DNA of 64,000 nucleotides from Octopus sinensis (Eukaryota). The DNA lies in the NCBI RefSeq assembly GCF_006345805.1, contig NC_043008.1:29884001-29948000 (forward strand), in the 5' to 3' direction. Under the pieces are notes generated by a model. The model was not told the origin of the DNA, did no database searches, and saw only the letters and a program-made list of their open reading frames with translations. The position numbers and the translations under genes were made by a program. Shown here piece after piece: positions 14,440 to 27,121 of this stretch. Position 1 is the first letter of the stretch, and each line of letters starts with the position of its first letter.

Positions 14440-15521
14440 AGTATATATTAAAAATGGAGAAGGCTGGTTCGAGTGAGTCTTTTAGGGTTCTCGCGCGTTC
14501 AGCTATGCATAACTTAAATCGCTTCGTCTGTTGATGCAGGGGCCTGTGTTGTCGAGAATTTTCCATGAGATCGAATATGGAATCCCAGGGTCTCTTAGTT
14601 ACTAGACGTGAGTAGCTAGTGATGTCATGTATCTCCTTCCCGGAACTCTGAGAAGGATCTGCGGTTGGAGAAAGGTTGCTTGAAAGAGTTCCCTTAAAAA
14701 CCAATGAAGCTCCGTGGGCGTGTGTTGTCGTTGCTGTTCCTGCTGGTGTTGTTGTTATAGTTACTGCTGCTGCTGCTGCCGATATTGTTGTTGTTGGAGC
14801 TGGGACTATTAGTGTTGGCACTGCTGGAGTCGGTGCTTGCCTCGGAAATGATATCGCTACTGCCGGTTATGGCGAAGGTGCTGTTGTTGTTATTGTGGTC
14901 CTAGTCATTGGTGGAATTGTTATTGCGTTTATAGCTGGCGGTGGCACTGGACCTGTTTCTGCTGCTATAGGAGTTGTCAGGTCTGCTACTGTAGAAGTTA
15001 GGGAAGCCCTTGGTAATGCTGGTGCTGACGGCGTTGCTGCTGCTGCTGTTGTCAGTGTTGTTGCGGTCGGGGGAACTGCCACTGCTGCCGCTGGTAGTGT
15101 TGTTGCTACTGTCACTAATATTGTTAAATGTGACGATGGTAGCGGTGTTGCTAGTTCTGTTCTCGTCTCTGCCATGCAATTACTTCTACCGGTGGTACTA
15201 CTGGGATTTGCTAGTACTTCAGCTTCATAGACGACCCCTTTGGTTTCGCAGTGGCTTCCCACCGAGCATCTGTTGCGATCCCTGCATGAACATCCTGCCT
15301 CTTCCTGTGGTTGAGGGGCGGTGCAAGAATGCTCTTGATATTGGGGACACAGCTAAATGAGACGATACCGTTTTCCTGTTGAAAATGGACCAGTACCTAT
15401 GGGAGCTAGTGAAATTCTTACATATTAAATAAAAGAATATTCTACCAACGGGCGTTTTGTGTTAAAAGAAATGTAGGGGGGGGCAAACCAAATGGTATTT
15501 CTGCGGTACTTCCTTCTGCGG

Positions 15522-15525
<4 letters not shown>
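14440..15525 (-). mobile_element. Penelope-like element (PLE) C-terminal region with GIY-YIG endonuclease, decayed
   Basis: Motifs appear in canonical order across frameshifts: RRNTIWFAPPY, YWSIFNRKTV, VSFSCVPNIKSI, CSCRDRNRCSVGSHCETKGVVYEAEV (CxC..C..C plus GIY-like), then after a long insert FIG..NSFKQ.FSN.RSF (YIG-like), SLATHV..LRDPGIPYSISWKILD, and TKRFKLCIAER. Confidence 0.8.
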
Positions 15526-15581
<56 letters not shown>

Positions 15582-15613
15582 GACAGATAGAGGGGGGAGT
15601 GAGAGAGAGAGAG

Positions 15614-16022
15614 CACCTCGACGTGTAATCACGGAGGTGTGACTTCGAGTCTCATAGCCGGCCGGCGATACTTTTTTCTGTAAAACAGGGGCAGCTTATC
15701 CTGTTCGGGCTATATTATTAGCATTATTCTGCATTTGAGAATTCAAAATCACTTCTTTAACTTTCTAAGACATCTCATCGCTTCTAAAGCAAACTTCGTT
15801 TGTTTGTTTACGTTTATCGTAATATGAATCTAACGTATGGTAGCGTCTCATAAAGCGAGATTTCTATATATCTTAAATTTGCGGAAGAATTTTTGGTGTT
15901 GGCTGTATAGTTTAACTGCTTCAGTTCACCGCGACAATTAATCACGGAGGTGTGAGTTCGAGTCTCATAGCCGGACACCAACACTTTTTTCTGCAAAATA
16001 GGGGTAGCTTATCCTATTCAGG

Positions 16023-16025
<3 letters not shown>
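15614..16025 (+). pseudogene. Two copies (period 313 bp) of a tRNA-derived unit: pseudo-tRNA or SINE head plus tail
   Basis: Copy 2 has an A-box-like tggctgtatagtttaa, an anticodon-like arm (ccgcga-caattaa-tcacgg), a T-arm GTGAG-TTCGAGT-CTCAT and a downstream T6 run. Copy 1 (15614-15713) matches copy 2 (15927-16025). The anticodon cannot be assigned. Confidence 0.55.
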
Positions 16026-16065
<40 letters not shown>

Positions 16066-16074
16066 CAGCAGTCA

Positions 16075-16520
16075 TTGTAGCAACACGTATTTGTTTGTCT
16101 CCCGTGGCCTAAAGGCACTCTTCCACTAGCCAGCCCCAAACCCAACTCGTCCTGTCGAAAGACACTTGTCCTGACGTCCTGGTTTTGTTTTTATCCTTAC
16201 CATTATTGTTTTTACGTATTTGTATTCTTATTCGTGCTTTCTTTATTGTTTTTACGTATTTTTGTATTTTTATTCGTGTACATCGTCCGTTTTCTGTCCT
16301 TGTGTTGTATACATTCGAGGCTTTCTCCCAAGGGATCTAATGCGCTTGGCTTAGACTTCCCTTGGGGGCTGCCCAGATCGGAGCAATCTCATGATTAATC
16401 AGCCGAAATTGCGAAGATGATCCGGTTCTTGACTGATGATTGAGGGCTTCGAATGTCCCGTCCTGTGTTTCTTGTGTCGTCTTCTAGGTGTTTCACGTTC
16501 TTGTCCCAGTTTGTATATAT
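16075..16520 (+). mobile_element. Probable PLE 3' end / pseudo-LTR-like repeat
   Basis: Pyrimidine-rich pLTR-like texture, a 36-bp internal duplication near 16203-16280, and a degenerate hammerhead-like motif CTGATGA..GAG GGC TTC GAA TGT C at 16433-16457. Confidence 0.4.
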
Positions 16521-16532
16521 TTTTTTTACTTT

Positions 16533-16577
<45 letters not shown>

Positions 16578-17619
16578 AGAGAGAGGGAGAGAGAGAGTGT
16601 GTGTGTGTGTGTGCGAGTGTGAAATATAGACATGGAGACAAATACTTATAGATATAGATGTATAGATATATGTAACAGAAGTAACAGAGTGGCGCAAAGA
16701 CCAAGAGCTTCGGGAGTTGGCACTTATCATATTATAGTTTGATGCATCAACAATTTATCGTCTTATAGTCATATATAATGCCAGGATTGAATTGCAAGTT
16801 GTCTACCTTTTTGCCATACCATAACATATTCTACAATTCATAAAAACTGATTCCAATTCAGTACAGTTAAAATCGCCGATGGAAATATATACGCTGTTAT
16901 GCAGAGCAGATATTGGATACTTGGTAATATTGGCAAATATTACCATTCGTATTGTAACAATGACGATTTATTTTCTACGAAAATATTTCTTCATAACTAA
17001 TAATGCATTAAGCTGTTTGCGCATACTTTAAATTAAAGCATAGATCTAGAGAAAAAGTTTTCTTTCACATCATCTACAACTGCAATTCTATGCAAGCTAC
17101 TATCAAAACAGCATGGAACTGTTCCCTACGAGCTATTTAGTAAGGATGTACATATAGCTGACCTGTTATATTTCTCTGAGAATCATGACAAATCAAATCC
17201 ATGGGTATTGTTCGTAAACAAGGTAGCCAGTAACGTCACTTTACATATTAGAAGCACTCATGTGCTTATAAACTAATCCAATTCACATCCGTTCTTTTCT
17301 TAGAATTCTTGTTTCCTAAGTAATGAGCAAACTTCTCACGGACATTGAAACATGTCGTCTGAAAGTATTCAGTATGCGTAAACGTTTCCATTTGCTGTCA
17401 AGAAATTGCGGAGAAGTATTAATAGATTTATTCCTGCTTAGTGAATGTACACATAATTTATTGTGCATCCTAAAGACAAAATTTTGAACGGCATAGCTGG
17501 TATAGGTATGACTGCAGCGATATCGAATACATTTCATAAACATACATACATATTGATGCATTCATATTGATACATACATATATATATATACATATATGTA
17601 TATATATATATGTGGGGGG

Positions 17620-17673
<54 letters not shown>

Positions 17674-18557
17674 CATATACGTACACATATACAAATATTT
17701 AGATATACTGATATATGTACACATGCTATACCTGTACACATATGCGCACATATGTATAAATATGTGTTTGTGTGTGTGTGAGTGTAACACAGTCAGACAC
17801 GCATATGTGTATACGTACAAACATACCCATATTTAAGTGTATATGTGTAATAGTCAAAAATTGTTGAATAATCTTTAGTTAAAATAATTTAATGTGGCAC
17901 ACATGTAAAGTATAAATGAAAGGAAAGATAGTACTAATAAGATACATATATCCTAGGTATTAAGTTGTGTTTCGAGACATAAGTTAGTCTTATTAATGAA
18001 GAAAATTACTACATGCATGTAGCAGTTCATATTTAATACAGTTTTGATCTATTCCATGTTATTCAGGATTGACTAGAATTACAAACACTAATAATGTTGA
18101 TTTGCAGTTGGATGATATGGAGAAGAAACAAACAATTTAAGAAACGCATTCAACTTACATATATAAATTGTGTGTACGCGAAGAGAGTTATAATGCCTCT
18201 AAACGGAGGGTCGTAGTATTTATTAGTTCAATAAGTTGATATATATGTAATAATAGTTGTTAGGAAATCAAAATTCTAACTAAGTGAAATCATTAATTAG
18301 GTAAACACAACGAATTGGTTGATTATTAAAATAGTACCAATTTATGTCATATATTCGAATATGGCTCAAAATTTCCATATCTAACTCTCGCACTGAAGGG
18401 AAGAAATGTGTACAAAGAGCATTCATTTCAATGCAGCTATGCATAAATAAACGCACATACTTACACATATATTCATATGTGTGCGTATATATATATATAT
18501 ATATATATATATTCAGTTACATATATATTCATATATATATATTCAATTACATATATA

Positions 18558-18629
<72 letters not shown>

Positions 18630-21600
18630 TATTGGAGAGATATACGTCGTTTATCTACACTATAAACATAGTTATGATTAGGGTTAATCTTATATTTTTA
18701 ATGTAGGTTTTTTAGGTTTCATCATTCCTGCAGTTGCGTACGTGTTTCCAAGTGAAGCTCTTTAGCCAAGCGCAATATCGGTTATTTCTACCACATTTTT
18801 TCTAACTTAATTTAAATGTAAAGCCATGAACGTGTTTCTTTTTAATATATAGAAACATGCGTTTACAGGTATATATATATAGAGAGAGGATTAGAATATA
18901 TATGCATTCGTAAGAGGCAAATAGATGGCGAAATTTAGCTTTGTTATATGTGTCCTTGATTAAAATATGATGAAACACCTTAAAGATACAAACTGGGTAA
19001 CAAATTTTATAGTTCAAGTGAATAACAATATTTTCTGGGGGTTTTCCTTGCACATTCTCCTTGAAAATGCATGACCACATTTATAATATTTCTTTTTCTC
19101 AGTTCCCTGTCAATTATATACATACAAACATATATATATGTATATGTGTATGTTTGTGCGTGTGTGTATGTGTGTGTATGCGTGCGTGTGTGAGCCATAA
19201 TGAAGCATACACTTTTAAAATACACCAGTGACATAAGATTTCCTACTAGCAACACGTTCTGGAAAATCTATTTTATAAGTTAACACTCCATTGTTCCTTT
19301 AAAATCATTCAGCTAATCATATGAGTTTGTACCATCTTAATTATTCTAATACTGCTCAGTAGAAAATCTTTAAAGTCATTCTTTCTTTATGTTTCACGAA
19401 ATAAACCTTCTAAAATCGAGTAGTCTGCCACAGTAAACTGTTTTACACATATCATTGACTATATTATGGGTTGATATTTGGTTCAGTTCTAAAGCAGCAG
19501 CTTACATATTAAATTAAGTCTTCACACACAGCTTCCAAACCTGCATTATTTAATCACGCGCTTGAATTTCTTGCTGGTTAATATTCTTGTCTTTAAGCGA
19601 GATACAATTGAAAATTGCCGCTCATAAATTAACGCACCATAGATTTTACGTATAACTCTCAAATGTTAAGATTCCTGAGTGTAGGGACATTTTGTTTTGT
19701 TTGACTTAGTGAACCATTTGCCATGTATATCTACTGATCCAGTGTTTATGTTTTCCTGATGACGTTTGTTGATACACAAATTGGTTTATCTAACGACCGC
19801 AATGGTCATTAAATTTTAAGCCAAAGTGTTAGCGGGAATGCAGACCTGAGTTTTCATCAAACTTTCTTCTGCTACGCTTTGAAATTTATGTGAATTATGT
19901 CACTACAAATATTGATTTCTAAGTTAAACATTTTACTGCAACATTTGGATGCAGGAGAAGTTGATGAGTGCTTATTTTATGGAAAGCAGACGATTTGAAA
20001 ATGAAAATCTGCACAAGCAACATTTCAACAGTGTAATATTTCCAACCTTTTTGCAATATTGCTAATCTGCCAAACATAAAAGCTGACAAAAATTAGCGTG
20101 TCTATAAATACCTCAAAGGAACATTCAAAAGTTAGTTATGTGCGTCACATTTTATCACATTTGAAATTATTGCAACATTAATCTAACAATAAAAACCTGA
20201 CGGAATATGTTCCAGTATTTCAGTCTTGTTATCGTGTTACGTTTAGAGAGCTTCTGATATGCTGAGCGTTTCTAACTCAGTGAAGAAAGAACTGAACATG
20301 GGAAATCTTGTAGACAATTTAGTCGTGTAGAATAAACTTATTAATCATTCATGATCATAGTCTGCAATAACGACAGTAAGTATTCATAATGGTAGACTAC
20401 AGTACCAATACTAAACCCTTTCACACTAATAAATTGTGAATACTAAAACTTAATCAAAGAATATAGTTTCACTTGCCTTCTTTAAATAAGCTTATCTTAT
20501 AATTGAATTAAAACTTTAGTAACTACTGATATAATTAAATGTTTTTTTTTTTTCATTATTGTTTAATTAAAATCACTTATGTTCTCATGGCTCTTAATGG
20601 GTTTCGACCATAATACATTTGAATTTTTAAGAAACGTTTTAAAAATCAAAGAAATATAAAACTTTTAGATTAGCGGATGTATTCCGGTTATTTTGTTTCG
20701 CTATCCTTTTCTTCTGTTTGTATAATTTATTTGATAATTCTTTCGGCTTTAATCAGCTGAAGCAGACTTAACAATGTACATACAATATGACTAAATTTCA
20801 TATTTGAATATACAAAATTATCGCATTACAATCAGACTGATGATAAAATATTTAAACTATCAGGAATTAAATGTATGTTTAATTTCTTTTTACCTTATCT
20901 TTGTTGCAATTTATCGGCATTAAGTGAACTATATTTGAATCATGTATGAAATCATTAAACTTAATAGTAAACATTAATATACAATTTCATTTACATTGAA
21001 ATTGAAATCAATTTAATCAATGCAGAAAATATAGGAAATAATTTTCAATGAAAACCATATTTGAGAAAATAAATTCGACTGAATTATTTTACATAAAATG
21101 AAGTAATATGAATTCTTTGAAAATGTCTCATTTTATCTTTGAATTGCCAATGGAGAAAACATCCTAAGTAATCAAGATTGTATAAGTCATGTGGTTTGAG
21201 TTCTTTTATATATATGTTTTTTTCAAACTTTATTTGAATTCACTTATTTACATATTGTAATTTTAGGAAACATTTACATCTCAGTAACTATAAAATAACT
21301 AATTACCGATTTAGAAAATAAATATCTCATTATATTATATCTGAGTAAACCATGGATAGCTCAAACGGTATGTCGGCCCAAATGTCACTAAGTTTAGCAT
21401 TGGCCATAATTTGCTTTGCATTTTCACCTGAACATGCTTTTCAGCAAATATGTTATAATTTACTTCAAAATAAGTGTTGCTTTTAGACAATGCTTGCTTT
21501 TACGTCACTTCAGTTTTGGGAAACTTCAGATAATGTTAATCCGGTCATTTGCATTCGATGTTAAGGTGTTCATTCCCATACTTTTATTCCTCGGTCAACA

Positions 21601-22817
21601 TTGTTTTTTCCAGAAGACTTGTCAAACGATATTCTAGTCGTTACTAACCCACTTATTAGTGCACGAATACAACTAGCTTCCTCTTTGTTAATAATCAGAT
21701 GTGATTTCTAAAATAGAGATGAACACGACAGCATTTAGTGTATTATAATTGCTGTTGTAGGTGAATTCTAAATGGCTTCTACAAAACAGGTCTATATCGA
21801 AAGTATTTAGAGTAATATCATCCCATATATTCATCAAAGTATTTAGTATTATATTACTAAATGATTCTTTAAAAAAGCGGTATGATTGCTTTGCTATACA
21901 GTCTGTCACGCAACACTCATGTTAGTAGATTAACAATAAGCTGTTGTTATTGTTGCTTAGTCCCAAGTCTGCATTTATCGAACAAATATATGACCAAAAC
22001 CTTTCTTGCAATGCTCAAGGAGTTGCTGGCCTGTCGATTTTATACTTAAGATGAAATTAGCCAGTGAATTGTTAATATAAATGCTATGGTTTGTTTCTAC
22101 CAGGATCTTCCGCTCCAAATAATGAAAAAAAATTATCATCTAAATAGTATATGGACACACTAGCCATTTGCAATATCTTTAGACACAGTACCATATACAC
22201 TCTATAAAACATGAATGCCTCACTTTTCACTAAACGTACTATTTGTAAGAATCTATTGATAATTCCGTAACGTGGTCTTATTTCACAGCTTCTCATAAAT
22301 CTGTTACTGAAGGCAAAATGTAATCCCCTTGGACCGAATTGTATTCTCTCTTTTAAAATTCACTTTGAATTACGCCTACATATCGCGAGAATTAAGCTGC
22401 GATAGAACATGTTAGTTTAAGCCTTTTAAATCCGCTAATCAGTTACAAAATTCGAATATCAAGTATTTATTTGTAATTTCGATGCAAATATCTTTTTTTT
22501 ATGTGGAGGATATCACGCTAAAAGTTTTTTATAGTAAATCCCGAGTTACGGAAACACTGAACATGATCTACACACATACAGATACACAGCTACGACTTTG
22601 AATCTGCCCAGGGTTATCTCTTTTCGGTATTTCCCATTGGGAGACTCTAAAGAATCAGAAACACGCATCTGGGAATCCGCTAGAGGAATGCACTGTCAGG
22701 ATAGCATATTTTTTCATATTTTACCATAAGAGAGAATATTCTTCCCCACGGTGACTGCAATAAATTTGCCTTTAGAACTTAAAATATATCAGAAATATAT
22801 TTTAACTAACATACAAG

Positions 22818-22904
<87 letters not shown>

Positions 22905-23569
22905 TGTGTGTGTGTGTGTATCAAAAGTAAGCAGAGTTAGCGATTATAATAACAAACTAAGGGATAAAATATCGGTATGTACTGGTATCCGTTACCCACG
23001 TGATCTCTGGGCAGGAGCGTGCAGCACACTATGCTAGTAGAGTACAGGTAACATAATAAACAAATGTTTATCAGGAAACAAATATAAATAATCAGAAAAT
23101 CGAGGAAACCTTAGATCAACAAGCACATCAATTGGACATCGTTGCGTCATATATGCTTTTAATATTTTGGGCTTCCAGAATTCTTTAAATAACCGTGTTT
23201 TCTTTCCTGTTCCTGCTTCCTCTTCCTTATCTTGGATGCTTTTGTTTTACTCTGATGAAGCACCGTACCCTGTCCAATAAAGATGAAATAAATGTCCTAT
23301 GAAGATGAAGAATTTTATTTTCGCAATTATTTGTAAACATTGATCGGCACCGGATGCGGAAACAGCCGTAAGATTTGTTATGTCACATAAATGTTATGCC
23401 ATGTTTTGTATTAAATAATGTGGTCCAGTTGATATGCTTGTTGAGCTGAGGTTTTCTCCATTTTCTGATTATTTATATATATACAGACAGACACACACAC
23501 ACACACAAAGACAGACATGCAGACTGACATACATACATACATACATACATACATACAGACAGACAGACA

Positions 23570-23576
23570 GACAGAC

Positions 23577-23649
<73 letters not shown>

Positions 23650-23663
23650 CATAGATAGATAGG

Positions 23664-23724
<61 letters not shown>

Positions 23725-23750
23725 GATAGATAGATAGATAGATAGATAGA
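23570..23750. repeat. (AGAT)n microsatellite, preceded by (ACAT)n/(AGAC)n
   Basis: Directly visible. Confidence 0.95.
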
Positions 23751-26700
23751 TTCCTAAATAGCAGATAAAAAAGAAACGCGGTTCTAATCTGGAGTGCTTT
23801 CTGATGATAAATACGTTTGAGCCGTATTTACCAGCCAAACATATGTGTCAACACCAGCGGCTATAACGTGAGTTACAAATCCATTTAAGAAGTAAAATAT
23901 TTCGTAAGGAATTTAATAAAGTTTCGGAATAATGAAGCAAAAATATCGACCGTTTAAAAGAGGCAGGTGTAAATCTAATCCTAGAAATATATTATTAGTT
24001 CTACATTGTTCGGTTGTCTTTAAAAATATCGACATGTTTAAATACTTACTTCGGAAGAGACCAACTATAAACAACTCGATTCGACAAGTGATGCTTACCG
24101 TTTATTGCAGGAATAATAAAATTCACTTCCTACTTTGTATTGGAAGTTTAATTCGAGTATCTGAAATTACAGGACAAATATTTTTGTTGTCGAATCCGCC
24201 AGCCTTAATGCGAATTTGACTAATGATAGCTAGAACTAGTTACTACAACTTAGATGATTTAAGAGTAAGATAACGGTAATCACTAAAGTCACTTACATTA
24301 TTTAAAGGGGTCTCTGTAGGTATAGAAATGTTGAGATATACAGTACATTGAGTTCTTTTAAATTATCTAACTAGCAATAATGAAATGATTCTCACCCATG
24401 TACACATCTCCATCTTCACATGTATCGAGAACCATGTTCGTTGGTTATTTCATGCTTAGTATCTTGTTATTTGCTTGAAGCCTGCGTTACTTAATTATTG
24501 ACTCCTAGCATCGCCATTTTCATTAGGTATTCCAGGTAAGGGGTTATCCAGTAACTCTCGTAAATCTTTTGAGTTGTCTATATTTAATATATCGCAACCT
24601 ACTTCTCATCGTTAATGTAGCAGGTATTTCGCGGTATTTTTCTACATGATCCAGGTCTTTAATTTCTTTTGGAGAGAAAATGGAGAAGTTTTCCTAAAGG
24701 CAGTTTACTCTGAAGAGATGCACCTCAATTCCGTCCTATTATCTAGGACTATGTTAACGAGTGATCTGATAAAACTATTCTCTATGTGTTGGATCAAATT
24801 AGTTTCTGTGTTAGAAGTTGGCAATTCCATATGTACCTGAGCAACAAAGAAGTTGATCAGTCACACCAACAACTTCACCACCACCAATAATAAAGTTTAC
24901 ATCTGCAGCAATCTCGCTGTTCACGTTCGTTTTGAGTTAAGTTTTGTCAGCAGCATTACTATATTTTCTTAGATTTACTATTCTGTAAATGTTTAGTCTT
25001 CTTCAACCATGAGAGTGATATAGTGTTTTGTCATTCCTATAAAGTTGCTTACATCAGTATCAACACTATGGTTGGGGCTATCGGAAAGGGGTAAAATACA
25101 CGCATGTTTCACTTCTGTATTCAACTCGAGGCATTTAATACATGACTACCATTAAGAAATCTGCAAGCCATTCCTTCTGGTTTTCTGTTTAACGGATAAC
25201 GTTGCTGGAAACGTAAACTAGATAGTGTAAAAGAGTGAGTTCTAGTCAAGTGACTGCTTCACTGCAATAGGTGCTGGCAGTTCCGTTTTGAGTCGGTTTC
25301 TATGGAAGTCTGTTCGCTTAACTCTTATTTTAGCGTCAACTATTTCCTTCATTCTCTAACAGTGAATTCTCTTGAAAACACTTGAAGGAGCAGTGAATAA
25401 TGGCACCGCTCATCTTACATTCAAATAATTCTGCTTTTAACAAAACAATATTTCTTACATATGTTGTTAAATATATATTGCGGTTTTTGTAGGAGTGTTA
25501 ACATAGGAAAAACTAAACTTATAATATACAGATTATGCTTGTTTTTACCTCTACATATTTAGACACATTTTTAATTTAATTTTAAGAAGTATTTTGTCGA
25601 CTGATACAACATTTCACGAAAAATATATACTTGTTTGTGTATGTTTGTTGTGTTTTGTGTGCATGTGTGCGAGCATGCGTGTGTGCCTATATGTCTGTGT
25701 CTGTATGTATGTACAAGTTGTGTACACTTACACAAACTGTATTTAATTAAATTACTTCGTTTCGTTTGTATTGTAAACAAATTCTTGGATAAATCATTTG
25801 CGCACCAGTCATATTTTCCGTTTTTCGGTGTTGAAACATAGTCAAAGATGTATTATATTGTCATAATCGCTCAGCTTTGAGCGTCTGAAATATGCGATTT
25901 AAAAATACTTTCCAGGATTTGTACTTCTGTCATTCTTTTTGTAATTTCAGGTGCATTTCCCTTCTGTTTTCTATCACTTTTTGTCTTATTCCCTTAGTTT
26001 CATATGTGTCGAGAATCTGTTAAGATTCCTGCTTGCTGTATGAAACAACAATAGATACTGTTTCAATTCAGTGATTAGAATAAAACAATATTATTTGGAA
26101 TCTATTTCATTTATCGATTTCCTGGTAACATATCGGTTAAATTCTAACCGTGATGTACATCATTTATTGCAATGCACATGATCATAGTATTATTGTGTAT
26201 ATATCTAAATACTAACATCTTCATTCAACTTGCCCCATTTACCTTGTTTAAACAGATGCAGCAAAAAAAGCGCTGCGACCTTTGAGATTATTAGATAAAT
26301 TTCTACCATTGATAAATATTTTATTGATTTGCATAAATGTGATTAGTAACCTCGTTTTGGTAAAGTATTATTTCTCGTTATGTGATTAAGATAAATCTGT
26401 ATGAAGTGAATAATAGTATTTGTTCTATGTACAAATGTTCTATTGTATTAAGGGAGAGAAAATCGCATGTACGATGTTGCTGCGCTTTCTAATGACATTT
26501 CAAGCATAACTGAAGTGAAATATATTAAACTAAGAAACCAAACCACGTTGGAAGCGTAATTCACTGGAATCTCAATACGGTCATTAATGTTACACGTCAG
26601 TGTGATATGTAACGCCATGATCATAAATATTGTGTTCATTAACGTATTGAAATAAAAAACATTATTCAGCTCTTTTCCAGTTACAAAATCATCGATCTTC

Positions 26701-26994
26701 GCAAATGTGACATCGTCACAAACTTTTATTATATTATTTGTGCAATTCAAGTTTTTATTTTTTACCGAGCTCTTCAGTCTTTTGTGAAATTTGTAAGAGA
26801 TAGGGAGTGAAGCTCTCGCACATGATTTAGTGTTTATACCCGCTTCAAACGTTTTTATTCATAATGTTTTGCCTCAGATCATTACTGATTACACAGACAG
26901 GGACAAAGACAGACCAACTATCATTGTGTCGTCCGGTAATCTGATCTAGTATATCGAGGAACATTACGTATCTCACTAAAACTAACGGAAATAT

Positions 26995-27121
26995 TGGTTT
27001 CCAATTTCGTCACAAGGCCAACAAGTTTGGACAAGGAAGAAAGCTTATTGCGTTGACACTGGTACTTACTTCATCGAATCCGAAGGAATGACAATCAAAT
27101 CGGCCTCGGCCGAATTTGAAC
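26995..27121 (-). mobile_element. tRNA-derived SINE (aaggcggcgagctggcagaa family)
   Basis: The reverse complement aligns with the copy at 50898 (head, gagttcaaatt B-box, aagtaccagt core). Confidence 0.75.

Noticed and set aside
21688-22296. Two same-frame minus ORFs with IWDDITLN, reminiscent of Cys-loop receptor W.PDI.L.N
   Set aside because: There are several stops between them, and no Cys-loop motif or splice sites.
26448-26750. 100-codon minus ORF in unique sequence
   Set aside because: No recognisable domain or splice signals, and the length is within chance expectation for a 64-kb window.
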